DNA from: Octopus vulgaris
Lineage: Eukaryota
Direction of reading: 5' to 3'
Assembly (NCBI GenBank): GCA_951406725.2
Contig: OX597830.1
Span: 25,358,001 to 25,422,000 of the forward strand
DNA length: 64,000 nucleotides
Shown here: piece by piece, positions 25,781 through 39,750 of the stretch
Layout of the letters: every line of letters begins with the position of its first letter
Position numbering within the stretch: the stretch's first letter is position 1
Program-made: the position numbers and the translations under genes
Notes under the pieces: model-generated
Databases searched by the model: none
Seen by the model: the letters and a program-made list of their open reading frames with translations, nothing else
Told to the model about the DNA's origin: nothing

Positions 25781-26399
25781 AGTCAATAACGCTGACTATA
25801 ATGTAAAATATATGTAGGAGTAACTTCAGGAAATTTGCGAATTATACATAACCAACACAATAGCGGAAGGAAGCTTAAGGAGTGTATAAGAATAAAATAT
25901 CATTGTACGGAAGGCATTGATGTAACAAATGTAAATTGAAAAGAATGTCTAAATCCGTATTCATGAAAAGCAAATTATAGAGAACTCTGAGAAAACGAAA
26001 ATGACAAGATAGTCCGGTATTCAACATGGCATTAATTACACGTCCCTGGGATTAAGTAAAAAGAGAAGGTAATTTCCCCTAGTAGTGTTCTTAATTTCCT
26101 TCTTAGATCTAATAACAATTAATGAACTGATGGGTAAATGTATTGTATAGAAATTATTTAAGTAGCATTGGCATAACGCGGACAGATTTTAGTTTGTACA
26201 CAAACATATGTTTATACCACACACACACACACTCATGTACACATGCATGGACAATATTGTGCACACATATATATATATATATAGGTACGCAAACGCAATT
26301 GTGTACTCTTCTGCCGTCGACAACCACATTCATTTTCTCTCTCCAGTTTCCGGTCAGTTTCTTTTTGACTATGTAGCTACCCATGTGCTTTTCGCCTGA

Positions 26400-26600
26400 C
26401 GATCCATTCCTTCCTCATTTTCTTCGTCCCTGGACTTTCTTCCACTGTCCGAAGAAGAGCGAATGTTCGAAATGTCATATTTTTATTTTCAATTAAATTT
26501 CCCTCTAAAACTTTCACCGAGCGTTAAACTAATATATTCACACCATACATCTTTTTTATATTTTTGTTCTTTGACTCGTCGTTCATCACCGTGTGTGTGC
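26400..26600 (+). mobile_element. Penelope-like pseudo-LTR remnant with decayed hammerhead-like motif (26446-26480)
   Basis: CCGAAGA-A-GAGC-gaat-GTTC-GAAA-TGTC and downstream GAGCGTTAAAC. Confidence 0.45.
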
Positions 26601-26660
<60 letters not shown>

Positions 26661-27002
26661 GGTTTGGTAGAACGAGCAGGATAAATAGAACTCAATACAT
26701 GGGTATATATATTTTATTACTCTTAATCGGCAGAAGTTACAGAGTCACTTAAAGACTGAGAGTTTTGTGTAAGGCATTTATCAATCTATGAGAAGTGCCA
26801 TGAACGAAACTTTTAATCCTTGAGTCACCTTGTAACTTCTACCAATTATACACACATTCAATGTATTGGATGCAATAGATTGTTTATTATATTGAAATAT
26901 GATTCGTCTCAGGCTGAGCTGTTCATAAATGATTATGTCGTAAACAGCCCAGCCCGGGCCAGCTCCGAGTGATTCCAGGCACCGCGTTCTTTAAATTTAT
27001 GT

Positions 27003-27378
27003 CTTTTACCTTTTACTTGTTTTTGTCATTAGAGTGAGGCCATGCTGGGGCACCACCTTTAAGAATTTTTACTCCAATGAATCGACACTAGTACTTACAT
27101 GTTTTAAAGCTTGGTACTAATTCTATCAGTCTCTTTTGTCAAACCGAAAAGTTACGAGGGCGTAAACACCGGATGTCAAGCGTTGGTAGTGGTGGACAAA
27201 AACGCACACACATATTATACACAACGGGCTTCTTTCAGTTTCCTTCTACCAAATTCACTTACAAGGCTTTGGTCGGTCCTAGGCTATAGTAGAAGACACT
27301 TGTCACACTGGACCTGGAACCCTGTGGATGGAAAGCTAATTTTTTATCACTTCTTCACCACACAGCCATACTTGTGCC
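27003..27378 (-). mobile_element. SINE family A
   Basis: Tail through head on the minus strand. Confidence 0.85.
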
Positions 27379-27383
27379 TGCCT

Positions 27384-28317
27384 GACGACGAGCTCGGAGC
27401 GAACCTTGACGTCGACGACGAATACCTGACCCGCCAGTTCAGGACGACTTTCGGGACAAGGCCCATGGACAACTTCCAGAGATCCCTGGCCTGGCTGTGC
27501 TACCGAGAAGCGCTACCCGTTCGGGATAAGCTCTACAGACACGGCTCGAGAAACACGGGGCCGATCTGCCCGAGATGCAGTCAGATCGACGAAACTGTTC
27601 TGCACGCACTCGTGCAGTGTCCAACAATTTCCGACCTGTGGGTTTATGTCGAACGACTGCTGTCACGCGTGGGACGAGTCGGTTTATCAGTCGAGTCTAT
27701 CGTCAATATTGTCACGCCTCCTTCCTTCAAACGGGAAGAAAGAGCTATTTTCATCGTTCTTGTGGCTATGGCGAAAGAATGTATCTGGTGGACGCGTCTG
27801 AAAGGATTGGAGACAAACACTATCCTCTCTGGTCAATCTCTCATCAACTTCTTCAAGTATCACTTGAAAAGGAAAGTGTGAGTAGAGAGGCAAGTTTTGT
27901 CTAGCGAATGTTTAAAAAATAGATGGGTGAATGTAGTAAGGATGGCACGTATGAATGACGAAGCCACCTTGAGCATAATCCTATGAACCCGGAAAATTGA
28001 AAACAGAGGGTTACCTACTTGCAAACAAATGTGGTAACATGTAACATTATTGACCGAAGTTACTGTGGTCTTTTCCGTAGGCTTTTCTTTCCACGGATAA
28101 ACCTTATCTGCTTCCCCCTTTACACTTTACATCATGACATTTATGTAATACACGATCCCTATTGATCGTTTTTTTCTTTTCCTTTTTTTTCTTTCCCTTT
28201 TACGATCCCTTTTGATTGAAAACCTACCCCACTTTTTTTTCTCCCCCAAAAGAAAAGCTCTACTTTGTAATCTGTCCCATCTGTGTGCAGCCCTGTGTGG
28301 CTAATAAAGAAACATAT
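27384..28317 (+). mobile_element. 5'-truncated Tx1/L1-like LINE (zf-RVT C-terminus plus 3' UTR)
   Basis: [12 protein letters not shown]...CPRC..DETVLHALVQCP...W...IWWTR; premature TGA at 27879; ends AGCC-CTGTGT-GGCT-AATAAA. Confidence 0.88.
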
Positions 28318-28439
28318 CTATCTATCTAACACGGATACAAAGGCTTACCCGTTGCTCGCAAACCAATTATGACCAAGTAGCGTATACCATGCTTTTGCTA
28401 ATTGCTTTTAAGGGCCTATGTAGTTGCAAACAGGAATGG

Positions 28440-28665
28440 ATACGATTTCGGCCATCCCAGTGGAACATCAAGGATGTAACAGCCGAAGAGAGAAAAAGCT
28501 ACACTGGCAGTCAGTTGGCATTCATTTTCAGTTGAGTAGCCTGAGGTAACGTGAAATGATGTCCTTTGTTCAAGAACACAATACACCACCCAGCCTAAAA
28601 ATCGAACTCACAACCTTAAATGGTCGTGAGTCAACACCCTAACCACTAGGCTACATGCCTTCATA
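28440..28665 (-). mobile_element. SINE, D-related, degraded
   Basis: CCCTAACCACTAGGC head and TGTTCAAGAACACAA body. Confidence 0.65.
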
Positions 28666-30084
28666 TATGTACACGCGATGCTTCCTGATTACTAAAGAAA
28701 GAAAAAAAAAAAAATATTTGCAAGTATTTATTTATCAGAGGTTTATTGTAGAAGACACTAATTTAAGGTGCTGTGCATTGGGATCGAACGAGGTGCCTCG
28801 TTGTTTCTAAGCGTATTTCTAAACCACATTGCTATGTCTGCATTCAGGCTTACTTGATAATGAAAGCTAGAATTTTTTGTTCAGCTATGATATGGCCTTC
28901 ATATTGTTATATGGCATTAACGATATAAGTATACCTAAATTGGATTCCAGACGGGAATCGAAACCGGTTTCCCATCACCACTAAGAAGCTGAGCTGAGCC
29001 CGGTATATTGAGAAGAAAGAAATGAAAAGAAAACGTTAAAGAAGAATTCTTTAACCAAATGTATGGGGAAAGCGTGTGTATAAAAACTCACACACATACG
29101 AACACACATATATACATAGAAACATACAACTACACGTACATATACACATCCAGAAACACAGCATATACAAACACACATATGGAAGCACACGTATACACTT
29201 ATACGTATTCAGATACTTTTACACATACACACATACACAAACACACTCACATAAATATATAGTTAAACTGCATAGGAAAAAAAATAAGCAAACAATTTTT
29301 CCAAATAATTCCTCGTTTTGAGCTAGAATGTGCAGAGAATTTCCTATACAACATGGAAGCGACACCAGTGACATGGCGAAATAGGTCAGGTATTGTTTAC
29401 TGGCAGACATGTTTGGTGTGGTTATTTATTTATTGATGATATGGGGATGATGATGATGATAGGTATGACGGGAAGGAGCTATGGCAGTTTTTTCTTTTGG
29501 TAAAGGTAAAATATAAAAATAAAAACAAAATTTAATTCTAGTATATAATACACACACACACACACACACCATTCACGTGCACACCTTGTGAGTGAATGAA
29601 TGTGTGTGTACAGAAATTCTACCATGAGAATTATTGATTTTATTACATTGATTAAGCAACAAGGCTTTTTACATATAAAGATTTACAAGGGAAAAATCGG
29701 AAAGCTGTGGCGTTCATGGCTTTCTTAACGATATTAGCGAATAGGGGGAATCGATGCTGAGTGGAGGATCTTAAAAGCAACAAACAAAAAGCAAATATAT
29801 TTCTTTGTTAATTAGGCACAGTATTAATTTGTGGGAAGTAAAGGAGGCAGTTGGAAGATATAGATGACTGATTGGCTGGACCACGTGATGTTAATAAATC
29901 GTAAGATGTGGAACAGGTATGGCTGTGTGGTTGAGAAGTTCGCTTTACAACTGCATGGCTCCACGTTCGATCCCAACTGCGCGGTAAATTGAACAAATGT
30001 CTTCTACTGGAGAATCGTGTTGACTAATAATATCTGGTGAGAGAAATTTGGAAGATAGATACCGTACAGAAGTTCGTTATGTGT

Positions 30085-30305
30085 GTGTGGCTTAGTGGTT
30101 AGGGTGTTGCACTCATGATCGTAAGGTTGTGGTTTCGATTCCTGGACTGGACGATGTGTTGTATTCTTGAGTAAAACTCTTCATTTCATGTTGCTCTAGT
30201 TCACTCAGCTGGCAAAACTGAGTAATTCTGCGACGGACAAACGTTCCTTTCAGTGAGAAATATGTCACAGAATCCGGGAAACCTGTTTTATGAACCTATG
30301 ATTGT
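30085..30305 (+). mobile_element. SINE with D-type head and CCGGGAAAC tail
   Basis: TGGCTTAGTGGTTAGGG...GGTTTCGATTCC... Confidence 0.7.
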
Positions 30306-30794
30306 GGAAGGACCTTTGATCCTCTTGATTTTATATATCTCCACCAAAAATTAGGAAATGGAGCAGATAAAATCCAACCTACATATGTCTCATAGCTAAT
30401 AGAACCCCGGAAATAGTAATTACCCAAACGAGGGGTAATCTGCTAGCTGCTCGTCGGGCCAATGATACCTTAATCAGATGAAGTGTAAACACAGGCTCGG
30501 CCCTAAACATACATACATCCACACGTACAGGGATGAGTCTGTGTTTCTCTTTACACAAATCAAAAACAGGTGAGTACTTTATCGCCCTTTTTGTTTCATA
30601 ATTTAGCGGTTTGACAAAAGGACATCGATGAAATAAGTACTGAGGTTTAATGTAATCGACTAAAATTAGTGAAAACAGTAAGAGAACATAGCGCATCTTG
30701 CTATCAGGAGTATTCTCCAACTGCAATGTAGAAAAAATGTAGAAAAATTTATTAAGACACCCTACCATAAAAAAAAATCGAAGGTCCTTCCATA

Positions 30795-31230
30795 GGCTCA
30801 TAAGACTGGTTTTTCGGATTTTGTGGCGAATATATCTGTTACCTAGGCGGGTTACTGGTCCATCGCAGGTTTACTAATTTTTTCCAGCGTAGTGAACAAG
30901 AGCGACGTGAAGAAGTATTTTGGTCAAGGACATAAGCATTACCCAGTCTAGGAATCGAAACCCCAACTTTGGGTGCAACACCCTAAGCACTAAGCCACGC
31001 ACCTCCAAATCGATCACCTGAAATATTATATCACGTGATCGGCCAGAATATTGGATGTTGTCATACACCGTTGGCCACAATGCGCTTTGCATTGTTTTAG
31101 CTGAGTGGACTGGAGCAATGTGAAATGCAGTGTTTTGTTCAAGAGCACAACGTACAGGGGGTCTGGGAATCGAAACCACGATCTCACGCTAGTGAGTCAG
31201 ACACGCCTAACCACTAGGCCATGCCCCTTC
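30795..31230 (-). mobile_element. Two degraded D-related SINEs in tandem
   Basis: Two GGAATCGAAACC / CTAA.CACTA heads near 31005 and 31230. Confidence 0.65.
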
Positions 31231-32327
31231 ACGCACACTTTCTTTCTCTCTCTCTCTCACACACACACACACAAACACACACATACACACACTATTATAA
31301 TGAACATAACTTCTTGTTCCTGTAGGTGGGGAATTCAAACGAATCCTTTTTAGCCCTTATGCAAATAGAAATCCTCCTCCTCCTCATCATCATCATCATC
31401 AGCAGCAAATGCCGGTAGGGTTTCAATTTCGGGTTAGAATCGTTTCATTTCGCTAACCGCTGCAAAGGCACCTGGGAAAAGAATAACCGTCGCCCCTTCA
31501 TGTTTCTTTTGCTCTCCAAAGATTCCAGGCTTCGTAGCCTAATTAATAAATTATGTCGGTGGGGATAGCAGACTCGGTAGCAGGTCAGATATGAATTTAT
31601 ACATTCCGAGTTCAAACCCAACTGAGATTAGCATTTCATTTTTTTTTCATTTCCCTACATGGGGATCATTGAAATAAGCACTCGTCTGCAATATACGGGC
31701 GGTATTGGGGCAACGGGGTTTTTGTTTTTTATCGACTGTATTACGTACTGATCCACTCCCCTGTAAATTTGTGGGCATCATGCCACAATTAGAAAGCATT
31801 TATTAATGAAATGACGACAGTGGCAAGTTTTCAAAAAGCTAACATGAACGAACATTCTATACAAATATGAGGAGAAGGAAGTGGGGGGTGGGGGCAACTT
31901 CTTCCACTCCAGTAAACAAAATAAACGATTTCTGAATAAACAAGTTGAAAAAAAAATAAACGTCATTATTGATTATTGATTACGTTGGTTATGATTTTCT
32001 GAAGATAAATAACAAAGAAAAGTTCCAAAACAAAAAAGTAACCAAAATCCACCCCCCCCCCAAGAAAACAAAGAGAAAAATCCCTTAACAAAAATTTATT
32101 TTGTTTTATTGAAGAAAAACTGATTTTAGCACGGGGTGGGGTGGGTTGGGGGCTCAGTACTGAAAAAAAAACCCTATTTGTTTATCTGTCCTCGGACACG
32201 GGTACACGACCAGACACTATAAGAGCCATGAAAGTATCCCTTACGAGGTCACTCGACATGTTAGAAACAGTAGCTTTATCTCCCTGAAATGTCTCTATCG
32301 TCTTAATTACGGAAAATAAATGTTAAA

Positions 32328-32482
32328 TAGGTGGAGAGTTGCTAGGGTGTTTGTCGTCCGGGGCAGCCCTTGAGTGTGCCGCACCCCAACCAGGGCCTCC
32401 ACAAAAAGTACAACACCCTGAACAGACCTAAAAGTGCCGCCTGGGCGAAATGCTTCTCGCTCCCTACTCTAGGTACGCTACT
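32328..32482. mobile_element. Possible hAT-like MITE
   Basis: GC-rich island ending CTAGGTACGCTACTG with a degenerate partner GTGGAGAGTTGCTAGG. Confidence 0.35.
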
Positions 32483-33262
32483 GATAATGTAGAGCTATAT
32501 ATATATATATATATATACACACACTCTTCTCAGATGCAGCAAGGCCAAATGTTTAAGAAGTTCGCTTCGCAACCATGTGACAATCGAATTCGATCCCGTC
32601 GTGTACCGTAACTTTGGATTGAACTCTAAGCCTTTGTGAGTGAAATTATGTAAACGGAAACTGTGCGGCAGGATAAACTGTACCTGTGATTCTTAAGCCC
32701 CGGTTTGACAGCTCATCGTCCCGAGTTCAGACCCACTGCGTGGCACCTTGAATAAGTACCTTCTTCTGCAGTCCTGGGTTGAACAAAACCTTGTGAATAT
32801 ATTTAGCTGACAGAAACTGAAAGAAGCTCATCGGATATGTGTGTATGTGTGGTGTGTGTATGTGTGGTGTGTGTATGTATGGGGTGTGTGAAAAGACAGA
32901 GGGAGAGGGAGAGGAAGAGTGTGTGTGAGTGTGTGTGAGTTTACTGTCTCCTTATCTTGACATCGCATGATTCTGCCAGAGAGTTACGTCGAAGCTTCAC
33001 GACTCCCGTTGCTCGAACAACTGATATCTCATCTTAAAAACCGATGGCGATGCAATTACTTTGTAAATATCTAAAAAAGGCGAAATGGTCACGGCTGGGA
33101 TACCTTTGGTAAAAATATCAACACGACTAGGACTGACCTTGGGTTAAGCAACAACTACAACCAGGCGCTATAATGAAGCAAGAAGAAAGTCTTTGTGTTG
33201 TCGCTCGACATAGCCCAATCTCTGTCAAATCCTGTATTCTACCGCTTGAGAGAGAAGAGAAA

Positions 33263-33298
<36 letters not shown>

Positions 33299-34097
33299 GG
33301 AGAAGATAACAGTTGTAGATAGATGTCATAAAAATAAAAGATGGAATAGTCACAATTGGAACATCTTTTGCTCATAGGTCTGCCGATCCAGAAGAGAAAA
33401 ACCAGACGCTTTTTAAAATATACACACACTGGTCCAACGAGGGATCCTTTACGTGGTCGCTCGATCTACTGGTAATAACAGCCGAAAATATTTCACAACA
33501 TACATTTTTGCCGTCTTAAGAAATTAGACAAGGGACGTAATACTTTTTATAATCAATCTAAGACGGATGGTCATGGCCGAGAATTTTTTTTCTATTCATT
33601 TCAATTTTTGTTTTCTTCTTAACTGATAAACAAACTTCGACAATCCGGCGCCATTCAAACCGTTGAAGTCTGTTCTACGCCAGGTTACAGAAATGTCGAC
33701 AACAATGAAAATTCACGACTGGAATACCATTTCTTGATGGTGAAGAGAAATAAAGTCATGGAATGGAAGAAGGTACAGGAAAAGTCACGGCTTTGTTGAG
33801 GAAAAAGATGTCACTTTATTTTTATTTAAATACCACAAACAATATGAATAATATTGAAGTCGTTCATTAACTGACAGAAACACGACTTGTACACAATGAC
33901 TAAGAGGAATTGGCGAGATTTAGGTTTAGGTACATATTGTGTATTTGTGGGACCTAATAATGGAACCAAAACAATTTGAGAGAAAATACAAAATAGGGTT
34001 GGACATTCCGAGTAAACGTAACGAATATGTAAATACCCAAAAGTCACTTATGAAATGTTATTAAACAGAAATATATTTAAAAAGAAAACGATAAGCG

Positions 34098-34405
34098 TCG
34101 CCCTTTTCAAGCCTAGCCAGGTTCATGGGCCCGGTTTCCCGGTTTCTGTGGCGTATGTGTCCCCCCCCCCCAGCTGGACGGGACGCCAGTCAATCACAGC
34201 TTAACTCAAGAAACAGGAAGAGAGACTGGGAGAAAGTTGTAGCGAAAGAGTACAACAGGGGTCACCATCACCCTCTGCCGGAGCCTTGTGGAGCTCTTAG
34301 GGGTTTTCGCTCAATAAACACACACAACGCCCGGTCAGGGAATCGAAACCGCGATCCTCCGACCGCGAGTCCGCTGCCCTAACCACTGGGCCATTGCGCC
34401 TCCAC
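34098..34405 (-). mobile_element. Chimeric SINE: family C head and body with an alternative tail
   Basis: 34205-34405 matches family C; 34098-34200 resembles the tails of the 30.2 and 30.8 kb elements. Confidence 0.8.
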
Positions 34406-34442
34406 AAACAGAAGTATATTAATTTAATATTCTACTTGGCTA

Positions 34443-34660
34443 AGGAAGCGAGCTGGAAGTATCGTCTGAATGCACGCTGGGGAAAAATGCTTAGCGGCAT
34501 TTCGTCCGTCTACGTTCTGAGTTCAAATTCCTCCGAGGTCGTCTTTTCATTTCAACTTTTCAGAGTCGGTGAAATAAGTACCAGTTGAGTACTTGGGTCA
34601 ACGTAATCGACAATCACCCTCCTCTAAGCTTGCTGGCCTAGTGCCAGAATTTGAAATCAT
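34443..34660 (+). mobile_element. SINE family B
   Basis: Head and body. Confidence 0.75.
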
Positions 34661-34662
34661 CT

Positions 34663-35011
34663 TTATTATTATGGGAGAGCAATGCATGCCATCAAAGTGA
34701 TGCTGGGTACACATATACGAAGCCCAATATACACATCATGTCTATCCTCCTTATAAAAGTACACCAGACACATGCATCACAACCAAATGTGTGCGACATG
34801 GTAACCTCATACCAAGATAAACAACGTATGATCTTGCAGGTGGGGCCCAGTTAGAATTAGCCCATCCCGCTAAAAAGGTCCCTAAATAACGGTTGTTAAA
34901 GGATGATGTACGAAACAGCCATCTAAATTATTATTCAAACCCCAAATGATCCCTCACAACACATTTCTATGATGTTCCCGCATTATTCCTGCTCGCAAAC
35001 AGAGATGCACA
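34663..35011 (-). mobile_element. Retroposon 3' end embedded in (AAT)n
   Basis: Homologous to 61932-62081(+); ATT repeats on both sides. Confidence 0.7.
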
Positions 35012-35850
35012 TATTATTATTATTATTATCATTATTATTATTATCATTATTATTATTATTAAGGCTTGGTTTATTTTTCTGGTAACCTTTCTAATTTGTG
35101 ATATGTTTAAAGAAGTATGACATTGTGATTATTATTTGGTTTGTAGGCCTTTCGATGTTATTTGAACAACTTCATTAACTTTAATTTGGGGAAACGGGTC
35201 AGTCGATTAGATTGAATCCAGTATGCAACTGGTACTTAATTTATAAATCCCCGAAAGGATGTAAGGCAAAGTCGACCTCGGCGGAATTTGAACTCAGAAC
35301 GTAGCGGCAGACAAAATCTGTTTATAAACAAATAATGCTAAATTGCTGAGTACCATTGCTCCGTAAGAGATGAGTTGCATTGTTAAAGTTTTCAGTTAAG
35401 AGGTCGATTCTCGTTTGACTTCCGTTAGCCCTCGTTTTTTTTTATAGATAAAAGTTTTATTAGTAATATATTGGGACTTAATTTTATCAACTGCTCCTCC
35501 ACCTTCATAACATCAGTGGTATTGTACCAATTGTTGAGGTTTCTGGAGCTAAAACGCATAAATATACACAAATAGATACCCCACCCTCTCTTACACACAC
35601 AACAAAACCGTCTCAACGATAAGGAAAAAAATACTGTCACAAGAAATGTGAATTCAACGAGAGATTGTCGCAAAGTTGAACTAATGGAATGTTATGACAA
35701 GATTTTCTCTTATTCTTATTTATTCATCATTTTCATTAACTTTTCAAGTGTTGGCGATAAAAGAGATTGTAGGTTAGCCAGCCACAGAAAGACTCAAAGC
35801 CAAGCCCTGTGAGAAAACGAAACACTCGTTAATATTATTACAACATTGAT

Positions 35851-36075
35851 GGTGGCGAGCTGGGTGAATCGTTAGCGTGCCGGACAACGTGCTTAGCGGC
35901 AGTTCTTCAGACTTAACAATGCTTTGAGTTCAAATGCTGCCGGGGTCTACTTTGCTTTTCATCTTTTCGAAGTCGATGAAATAAGTACCAGTTGAACACT
36001 GGGGTCGATGTAATCGACTTACTCCCCCCCGCCCCAAATTTCTGATCTTGTGCCATAATTTGAATTCGATATTAT
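35851..36075 (+). mobile_element. SINE family B
   Basis: Head and body. Confidence 0.8.
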
Positions 36076-36584
36076 TGGTGCTTCGACCAAAGACCAAACG
36101 ATTAGAACCACCCATTTTGTGATACTAATGAAACAATGAGTGAGCCTCAATGTGGTCGCTTGGCTCAGGAGAAATAACGACCGAATACTCTCTAAAGCAT
36201 ATCTTACCGTCTTAAGAAAAGGAAGGTTACATTAATAGTTTTATATAAATCTAAAACAATAGGATGGTCATAGTTAGAGCACTTTTATCGCAGATCTACC
36301 CAGTCACGTTTGATATGGAGTTAAAGAACATCCACAACAATCTACAAATAGATAAAGTGTCCGAGATGAAGATTTAAATGGCTTGGCCATTGAAAAAGAA
36401 AAAAAATTGGTTTACAGATGTGCTGTGGCTTCTTTAGTTTTTGTACCACTACTATAACGCATTGGCCTCTTGTGATCTGGATCATTTATACGCCAAAGAC
36501 AGTAGGTAAATGGATCTACGAGTCCTAAGAATCGTGTCATTAGTGTTTAAGAGTCGATGATAGTGATGGTTAACAAGATTAATT

Positions 36585-36953
36585 ATTCTTTTATTCTTAT
36601 ACTTGTTTTAATCATTTGACCGCGGCCGTGCTTGAGCACGGGTTTTAGTCGGGAAGATCGACCTCAGGACTTATTTTTAAAGCCTAGTACTTATTCTATC
36701 AGTCCAAACCACTAGGTAAACACACCAACATCGGTTGTTAAGCGGTGGTTGGAGGACAAACACAAAGACACAGTATATATATATATATATATATATATAC
36801 ACGACAGGTTTCTCTCAGTTTCCATCTACCAAATCCACTCACAAGGCTTTGGTCGGCCCGAGGCTATAGTAGAAGACACTTACCCAAGGTGCCACGTAGT
36901 GGGACTGAACCCGGGACCATGTGGTTGGACAGCAAGCTTCTCACCACACAGCC
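36585..36953 (-). mobile_element. SINE family A
   Basis: Tail through head. Confidence 0.88.
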
Positions 36954-37060
36954 ATAATTGTTTCTGCTACTAGACTGCGGCCATGCTGGAGCACCGCCTT
37001 TGGAGAATTTTTAGTCGAATGAATCCGCACCAGTACTTATGCATGTTTATTTACTATAAC

Positions 37061-37226
37061 ATACAGGTAGACTTGCGTTACGGAAGCGCGAGATCCTGGA
37101 AAACCTTATCGTGACGTGAAATGCACATCCCCAATGACTTCCATGTAATCTTAAAGAGGTGATTTCGCGTTACAAAACTGAAGAGTTTTAGGAGTGCAAT
37201 GTTACCGTAACGTGGGGATGTCGATA
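37061..37226. mobile_element. Possible pogo/Tigger-like MITE
   Basis: TACAGGTAGACTTGCGTTACGG versus CCGTAACGTGGGGATGTCGATA, imperfect TIRs. Confidence 0.4.
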
Positions 37227-37596
37227 TGTTATAAACATTTTCATTAAACAATTATTGTGTCTATATTCCCAATATCAACTTTTCAAAAGAATATATTAAA
37301 CTTATTGATTTAACCCATAAATCGCTGAGATTTGCACTTACATAGCAGGGACTGCTGAGTACATTTTATGAAAACGAAACTACCATGCACACATAAAAAT
37401 CAAAAAAATAGTTAAAATATCTTCTTAGTATATAATGGTGGCAAGTTTTACATTATCTGAAAAGTCATTGGTTGAACTATTAGTCCTCTTCCATTCTGGT
37501 GGGTATGAGAGCGTTTCTTATTGGGCCGCGATCATGGCCTGCCGACTTGTGTCTGATGGCCACGATTGCGGCCCATCGTGCTTTATGTGTAAAATC

Positions 37597-38150
37597 AGTG
37601 GTTTTCATCCAGGGTTCATATGGCCCTTGGGTGGCGGCGCTGGGTCCATATAAGATTTTGTTAAAATCTGGTTATAAAAAATATAGTAATAGGCGCAGGA
37701 GTGGCTGTGTGATAAATAGCTTGCTTACCAACCACATGATTCCTTGGGCAAGTGTATTCTACTATGGCCTACGCCGACCAAAGCCTTGTGAGTGGATTTG
37801 GTAGACGGAAACTGAAAGAAGCCCGTCCTATATATATGTGTGTGTGTGTTTGAGTGCGCGTGCGTGCGCGCGTTTTTACCCTCAACATAGCTTGACAAGC
37901 GATGTTGGTGTGTTTACATCCCCGTAACTTAGCGGTTCGGCAATAAGAGACCGATAAAATAAGTACTAGGCTTACAAAGAATAAGATCCGGGGGTAGATT
38001 TGTTCGACTGAAGGCGGTGCTCCAGCATGGCTGCAGTCAAATGACTGAAACACACACAAAAAAAGAAAAAAGAATAATGGCTAGAGAAGTCCAGTGAAGT
38101 AAAATAGGAACCATCAGGATCCTTTGGCAAAAAATGGTTGAGAATCACAG
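37597..38150. mobile_element. hAT-like MITE interrupted by a family A SINE (37692-38075, +)
   Basis: Termini CAGTGGTTTTCATCC and GGTTGAGAATCACAG; intact SINE inside. Confidence 0.6.
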
Positions 38151-38180
38151 AGCTTTACACTAACTACGATATATTCTGTT

Positions 38181-38446
38181 GTGTCTGGAGAGAGTCATAG
38201 TGCCTTAATATAACACACTCACCGGTTCAATTTCCACTAATTTATTTATTTATTTATTTATTTATTCAAGATAGCTTTCTCGTCGCTGTATTTGCGACCC
38301 GTATCAATGGATTTCGACTTAAAATCCATTAATGCGGTCACAAATGCAGCGACGATAAAGCTTTCTGGAATAAATATATAAATAAATGAGTGGAAATTGA
38401 ATCGGTGAGTGTGTTATATTAAGGCACTACGACTCTCCCCAGACAC
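38181..38446. repeat. Imperfect fold-back palindrome, about 130-bp arms, 7-nt loop
   Basis: GTGTCTGGAGAGAGTC...AATGGATTT-cgactta-AAATCCATT...GACTCTCCCCAGACAC. Confidence 0.9.
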
Positions 38447-39016
38447 CACAAAATTTGTTTCAACACACGAATTCCCAAACGGAATCTTGCAAGCCAGATA
38501 CAAAAACGAAGTATAATATATTTGATTCCAATAATTTCAACAGGTGAAAAATACAAGAGAAAAACAACAAAACAAAAACCTAAGTTCAATTGTTGAAGAT
38601 CTGTACGTAGAAAAAAGAAAAGACAAACTACATTCACCCAATTTACAAATAAATCATCATTATATGTGTCTAGTGAGATTAATTAAACAGCTAATTACCG
38701 TGTCAGTCTATTTTACAGATACGAACAGCACGCTTTAGAATTTTTATAGGTACGTGTAGTGTAAATAATACTTTATGGGCCAAAGTGGAAGCCTGTAATT
38801 ACGAAGACTAATTAGATTGATTAATTACTGTTTTATTGTATAGTTTATTAACAATAAAACATTGTACTTTAGAATTTTTGTAGACATTCAGTAAGTCCAG
38901 ACTGTAGTCCCTATGTGGTCCCTTCTGTTTTGTATTGGAGGTCCTTGTTTACGAAGAGATGCAAGAACTTGTACCCCAGTTCTGATTACATTTAGATAAT
39001 ATTCTCCCAAAATAAA

Positions 39017-39230
39017 GAGGCAAGTTAGTAGAATCGTTAGCACGCCGGGTAAAATGCTTAGCGGCATTTCGTCTGCCTTCACGTTCTGAGTTCAATTTTC
39101 TACTAAAGTCGACTTTCCCTTTCATTCTTTCGGGGTCGATAAAATAAATACCAGTTGAGCACTGGGGACGATATGATCAACTTATTCCCTCACCCGAAAT
39201 TGCTGGCATTGTGCCAAAATTTGAAACCAA
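39017..39230 (+). mobile_element. SINE family B
   Basis: Head and body. Confidence 0.8.
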
Positions 39231-39359
39231 TGTTCGTCCAAAATAAGGAGGCGAACTGCTGGCGGAATCGTTAGCACGTCAGACATATATATATGTATGT
39301 ATGTGTGTGTGTGTATATGTTTGTGTTTGTGAGGGGGGGACAAGCACACACACAAGCAT

Positions 39360-39750
39360 ATCTCTCTCTTACTTGTTTCAGTCATTTGACTGCGGTCATG
39401 CCGGAGCACCACATTTAGTCGAGCAAATCGACCCCAGAACTTATTCTTTGGAAGCTTAGTACTTATTCTATCGGTCTCTTTTGCCGAACCGCTAAGTTAC
39501 GGGGACGTAAACAAACAATCATCGGTTGTCAAGCGATGTTAGGGGGACAAACATACAAACATATACACACATACATATATACATATATACGACGGGCTTC
39601 TTTCAGTTTCCGTCTACCAAATCCACTCACAAGGCTTTGGTCGGCCCGAGGCTATAGTAGAAGACACTTGCCCAAGGTGCCACGCAGTGGGACTGAACCC
39701 AGAACCATGTGGTTGGTAAGCAAGCTACTTACCACACAGCCACTCCTGCA
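39360..39750 (-). mobile_element. SINE family A, well preserved
   Basis: Closely matches the other best copies in the window. Confidence 0.92.

Noticed and set aside
27111-27881. 256-aa ORF as a host gene
   Set aside because: It is a read-through of an antisense SINE into a truncated LINE zf-RVT tail.
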